Assembly: GCF_009914755.1 (NCBI RefSeq)
Contig: NC_060928.1
DNA length: 64,000 bases
Source: the human T2T-CHM13v2.0 reference genome, Homo sapiens
Direction: 5' to 3' (one strand)
The notes under the pieces: model-generated
What the model was told of the DNA's origin: nothing
What the model saw: only the letters and a program-made list of their open reading frames with translations
The model's database searches: none
In this document: in pieces, positions 60,399 through 64,000 of the stretch
How the letters are laid out: the number at the start of each line of letters is the position of its first letter
Position numbering within the stretch: the stretch's first letter is position 1
Position numbers and translations under genes: made by a program

Positions 60399-61409
60399 TC
60401 CTCAAAATTATATTAGAAATGTAAAAAATGGAAACGGAAAATGCTTAATAAATTAACAAATATTAGATGAATGACATACATGCAAGCAATTTAAATGCTA
60501 TGCCTTAATTTTTTTTTAGTATTATTTTTTAAAATGATTATTGGGGCAAAATATTCAAGTAAGACATGAGTATATTTTTACATCATGGAGAGACTGTCAT
60601 GGGGAGCATTTACATTTTTATAAATATTTATACATTTTTTGCATATTTCATATGTCAACCATTTGAACTAGCAGTTTAGTATGATCAAATAATTGGTAAA
60701 GTAGTGTTTTTTATTCTTATTTTTTACTAAGAAGTTAGTTTCAAGAGAAATGTGATTTGTTTACACATTGTAGAAGCCCTTTTTATACTCAAATGTTCCT
60801 TATATATAGACCATTTTTCTTCATCAATCATAGCATTTGGAAATATTAATTGAATCATTTGCATAAGTAAATTTGCTACAGATATGCCAATAACTGATAT
60901 GGCTGATAGAGTTCACAAGTAATTATAAATATTTAAATAAAAGCCCCAAACATAGCTGCTGTTTTAGTTTCTAACAGTCAAAAAGAAATATTTATATCAA
61001 TTTTGTTTTAATCTGAAGCTATTTTATTCACAAAGATGAACAGAAAGTTGGCTGCCTTAAAAAGATCTATATATATTATTTCATAAGCGCTAGACAATTT
61101 CTCTAGAATAGAGTATGTAAATCACCTTAGGGTATTACAAATTTCAAATTGAGATAATTTTTTAAAATGCCTTCTAAGACTACACACACACACGAAAGAC
61201 GGAGAGAAGGAGAGACATTCTGGACATCTTTGGAATGTCATTTTTGTTGACAAATGAGTTAACATATAACTTACTGCTAAAAATATAATGGCTTAAATAA
61301 AGTGTGGGCATAAAAGTGAATAACATATTAAACAGTTTATTGATGGATATATAGAGAGATTATATAAAATTAGTGTTAATTTTATTTTATGTTCATTTTT
61401 TAACTCTAT

Positions 61410-62330
61410 TTTCCTTGTATTCTTCAGATGGGGTGATTGGGTGATTTGTCTGTCCACAAATTAACAAATTCTATCATTTGTCATCTCCACCCTAATACTG
61501 AGTCCATTCACTGAGATTTTATGTTACAGTATTTTTCAGTCCTATATTTCCCTTTGTTTTTCTTATAACTTCAATTTCTTGCTGAGTTTTTCTATTTTAA
61601 ATTTCTTTTAAGATAATTTGTAATTATTGGAATTGATGATGGCTGCTTTAAAATCCTTGCCAGATAATTTCAACATCTGATTCATCTCAGTACTGGCATC
61701 AGTGAATTCTCTCTCTTTTTTTTTTTTTTTTTTGGCTCATCCTTTTTGTTACTTTTATTTTATTTATTTTACTTTAAGTTCTGGGATACATGTGCAGAAC
61801 GTGCAGGTTTGTTACATAGGTAAACATCTACCTTTGTGGTTTGCTGTGCCTATCAACCTGTCATCTAGGTTTTAAGACCTGCATACATTAGGTATTTGTC
61901 CTAGTGCTCTCCCTCCCCTTGCCCCCACCTCCCAACAGGCCCCGGTGTGTGATGTTCCCCTCCCTGTGTCCACGTGTTCCATTATTCACCTCCCACTTAC
62001 AAGTAAGAACATGCAGTATGTGGTTATCTGCTCCTGTGTTCGTTTGCTGAGAATGATGGCTTCCAGCTTCATCCATTTCCCTGCAAATGACATGAACTCA
62101 TTCTTTTTTATGGCTGTATAGTGTGAATTGCCTTTTATAAAGAACATTTTGATTTTGTTTGTTCTTGGTAAAATAGGTGTTTTTTTATTGTTTCTTTGAC
62201 ATTTTGTCTATTCTGAATGGAAACTCAAATTGCTTTTTAAATCTTTTATTTCATGAACTAGTCATTTTGTTTAGGTTTAGCATATAGTTCCTTGCCTTTT
62301 GTGGGTTGTTCTAATTACAGTTAAAGGTTT
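61410..62330 (-). mobile_element. Old L1M fragment, split by a younger L1PA
   Basis: T-rich; 'gatggctgctttaaaatccttgccagataatttcaacatctgattcatctcag' continues after 62123. Confidence 0.6.
61709..62122 (-). mobile_element. L1PA8-like 3' end
   Basis: 'tcatctaggttttaagacctgcatacattaggtatttgtcctagtgctctccctccccttgcc'; TSD GTGAATT at 61702-61708 and 62123-62129. Confidence 0.9.
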
Positions 62331-63859
62331 GGAACTTTTGTAGAATGATTTTGACATACTTGGCTTATCTGGTACTCCTGGGGCTCCCATTGTTCCTCCT
62401 ACTGTTCCTAAAGGGGCATTCTTGTGAGTCAATATCCTAATTAACATTTTTGCAGAAAAGCATTTATACATGATATGTAGAGAAGAGGTAAATGACATAA
62501 TCTGAGGGTGGAGTAGGGAAACAAAATGTGGTTTAAAAATGTGTTTAAGTCTGCATTTATATAATTAGAAAGCATCATAATATAAAATAATATTTCCAGA
62601 AAACAAAATATGTTACTAATTATTTTAAGTATGAGTGAATGGTGATGCTTAAGGAAAACTAATTTTGTTAAGTAACAAAATTGCCTACAGACAGAAATTT
62701 AGTTGCCAGAAATGTATAATCTATAAACCTGTTACACAAATTTCTAGGATTTTAAAAGCTTGTAGCTAGTGTATTAAATTACTGCTACCCAATTACATGA
62801 CTTTTTATTGCTTCATCAAAAGGAAAACTGATTCTAAATAGTATAAATGACTAAATAAATAAAGATAAAATTGTAATGAAATCTAAACACAAAACACCAC
62901 CACAACAAGGTTCTTTAGAATTGAAAACAGGAAAATTCCTTAATCCATCTCTTTGCCCCTCCTGAATTGATATAAATGGCTCATATAAGAAATGGAGAAA
63001 AAATTGAAAATATTAATTAGTATTTGTTTCCAGGTGAATTGTGCACGTAAAAACAGCTAATAGCAGCAACAAAAAAAGAGAAGGGTCATCTTCACAATTA
63101 AAAATATAGAACCCAATACTTTTCAAATTATATGTAATGACGACTTTAATCTAGCAAGACCATTTCTTAATAGCACATATACACTTAAAAGAATGTAATT
63201 AATATTGTATAAATTCTTATGATGAATTTAATTATAGTCTTTAGGATATTGAAACATGAAATAAAGAAAAAGTAGAAATGCTTTGTCTAAAATTATGTTA
63301 GGAGAAAAAATAGTGTTGTTTAGGAATTACCTGACTTAAAGGGGCCTATAGAACTCCCTCAGGCTAAGTTACATTAAACTAATGCTCTATTATCGATTAT
63401 CGTCTTCTTAAGCAAGATACAAAGTACAAATTATAGGTAAAGCCAAGTATTTACAGGTTTAAATTGACATTTGTAAATTAAAATTACAAATTTAAATTTA
63501 ATCTACAGATTCTTCAGATTAAATTACAGGACTGGAAGATAAGAGATAGCTTTATTCATATATCTGATATATGACCTTGGATGTTTGTAATAATACGGGG
63601 TCTCTTTCTCTCTATCTAAGTTCTCAACCTTCAGAATTGTTTTTCTCTCTACATAGCCATTCTCTACCACAAAGTAGTTGGAGTTCTTTACCTGGCTATT
63701 ATTTTCCATAATAACATTGAAAACTACAAAATCTTTTAAGGTATGGGTTCAGAAGTCCCTGATAATTACTTTTATTTCATTGTATTGTTCAGAGAAGTCA
63801 CTTGTTCTGAGAAGATAAATGGGAAAGAAAATAGACTTCCAAAAAAATTATGGAAACAT

Positions 63860-64000
63860 ACACATGTGGGTGGGTTAAGGAACAGAAAGTTTAATTGGCA
63901 GAAGAAACGAGAAAGGAGAGCAGCTCCTTGCCAGAGAGAGACTTCCGAATAAAAGGGGCAAGGTGGTGGACGTCAGCAGATTTTATAGGCAGGCTTGAGG
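63860..64000 (-). mobile_element. MER61-like ERV1 LTR, runs off the window end
   Basis: 'aagtttaattggcagaagaaacgagaaaggagagcagctc...cagattttataggcaggcttgagg'. Confidence 0.6.

Overview
This is AT-rich, CpG-poor primate genomic DNA, almost certainly human because it carries an AluYa5-lineage insertion. It looks intronic or intergenic. I find no recognisable host protein-coding exon, RNA gene, CpG island or CRISPR array. The window is a patchwork of transposable elements: 18 Alu elements (several with target-site duplications, TSDs), a 5'-truncated 2.7-kb L1PA3-like LINE, older L1/L2/MIR fragments, MaLR/ERVL/ERV1 solo LTRs and hAT/Tigger DNA-transposon relics. Most listed ORFs are repeat or low-complexity artefacts. 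I cannot support a new biological system here. The most notable structures are: (1) a fossil complex rearrangement in an MLT2 LTR at ~32.4-33.1 kb, where a 183-bp copy of sequence from ~2.8 kb downstream sits at the breakpoint of an internal inversion and was later hit by an Alu; (2) a degenerate ~250-bp palindrome centred on 8844; (3) a ~1.3-kb fossil hAT-Charlie transposase that the ORF track misses; (4) a very young AluYa4/Ya5 candidate polymorphism; (5) a perfect (GGAA)16 microsatellite. Subfamily names come from remembered consensus sequences and need RepeatMasker/Dfam confirmation. Boundaries of old elements are approximate.
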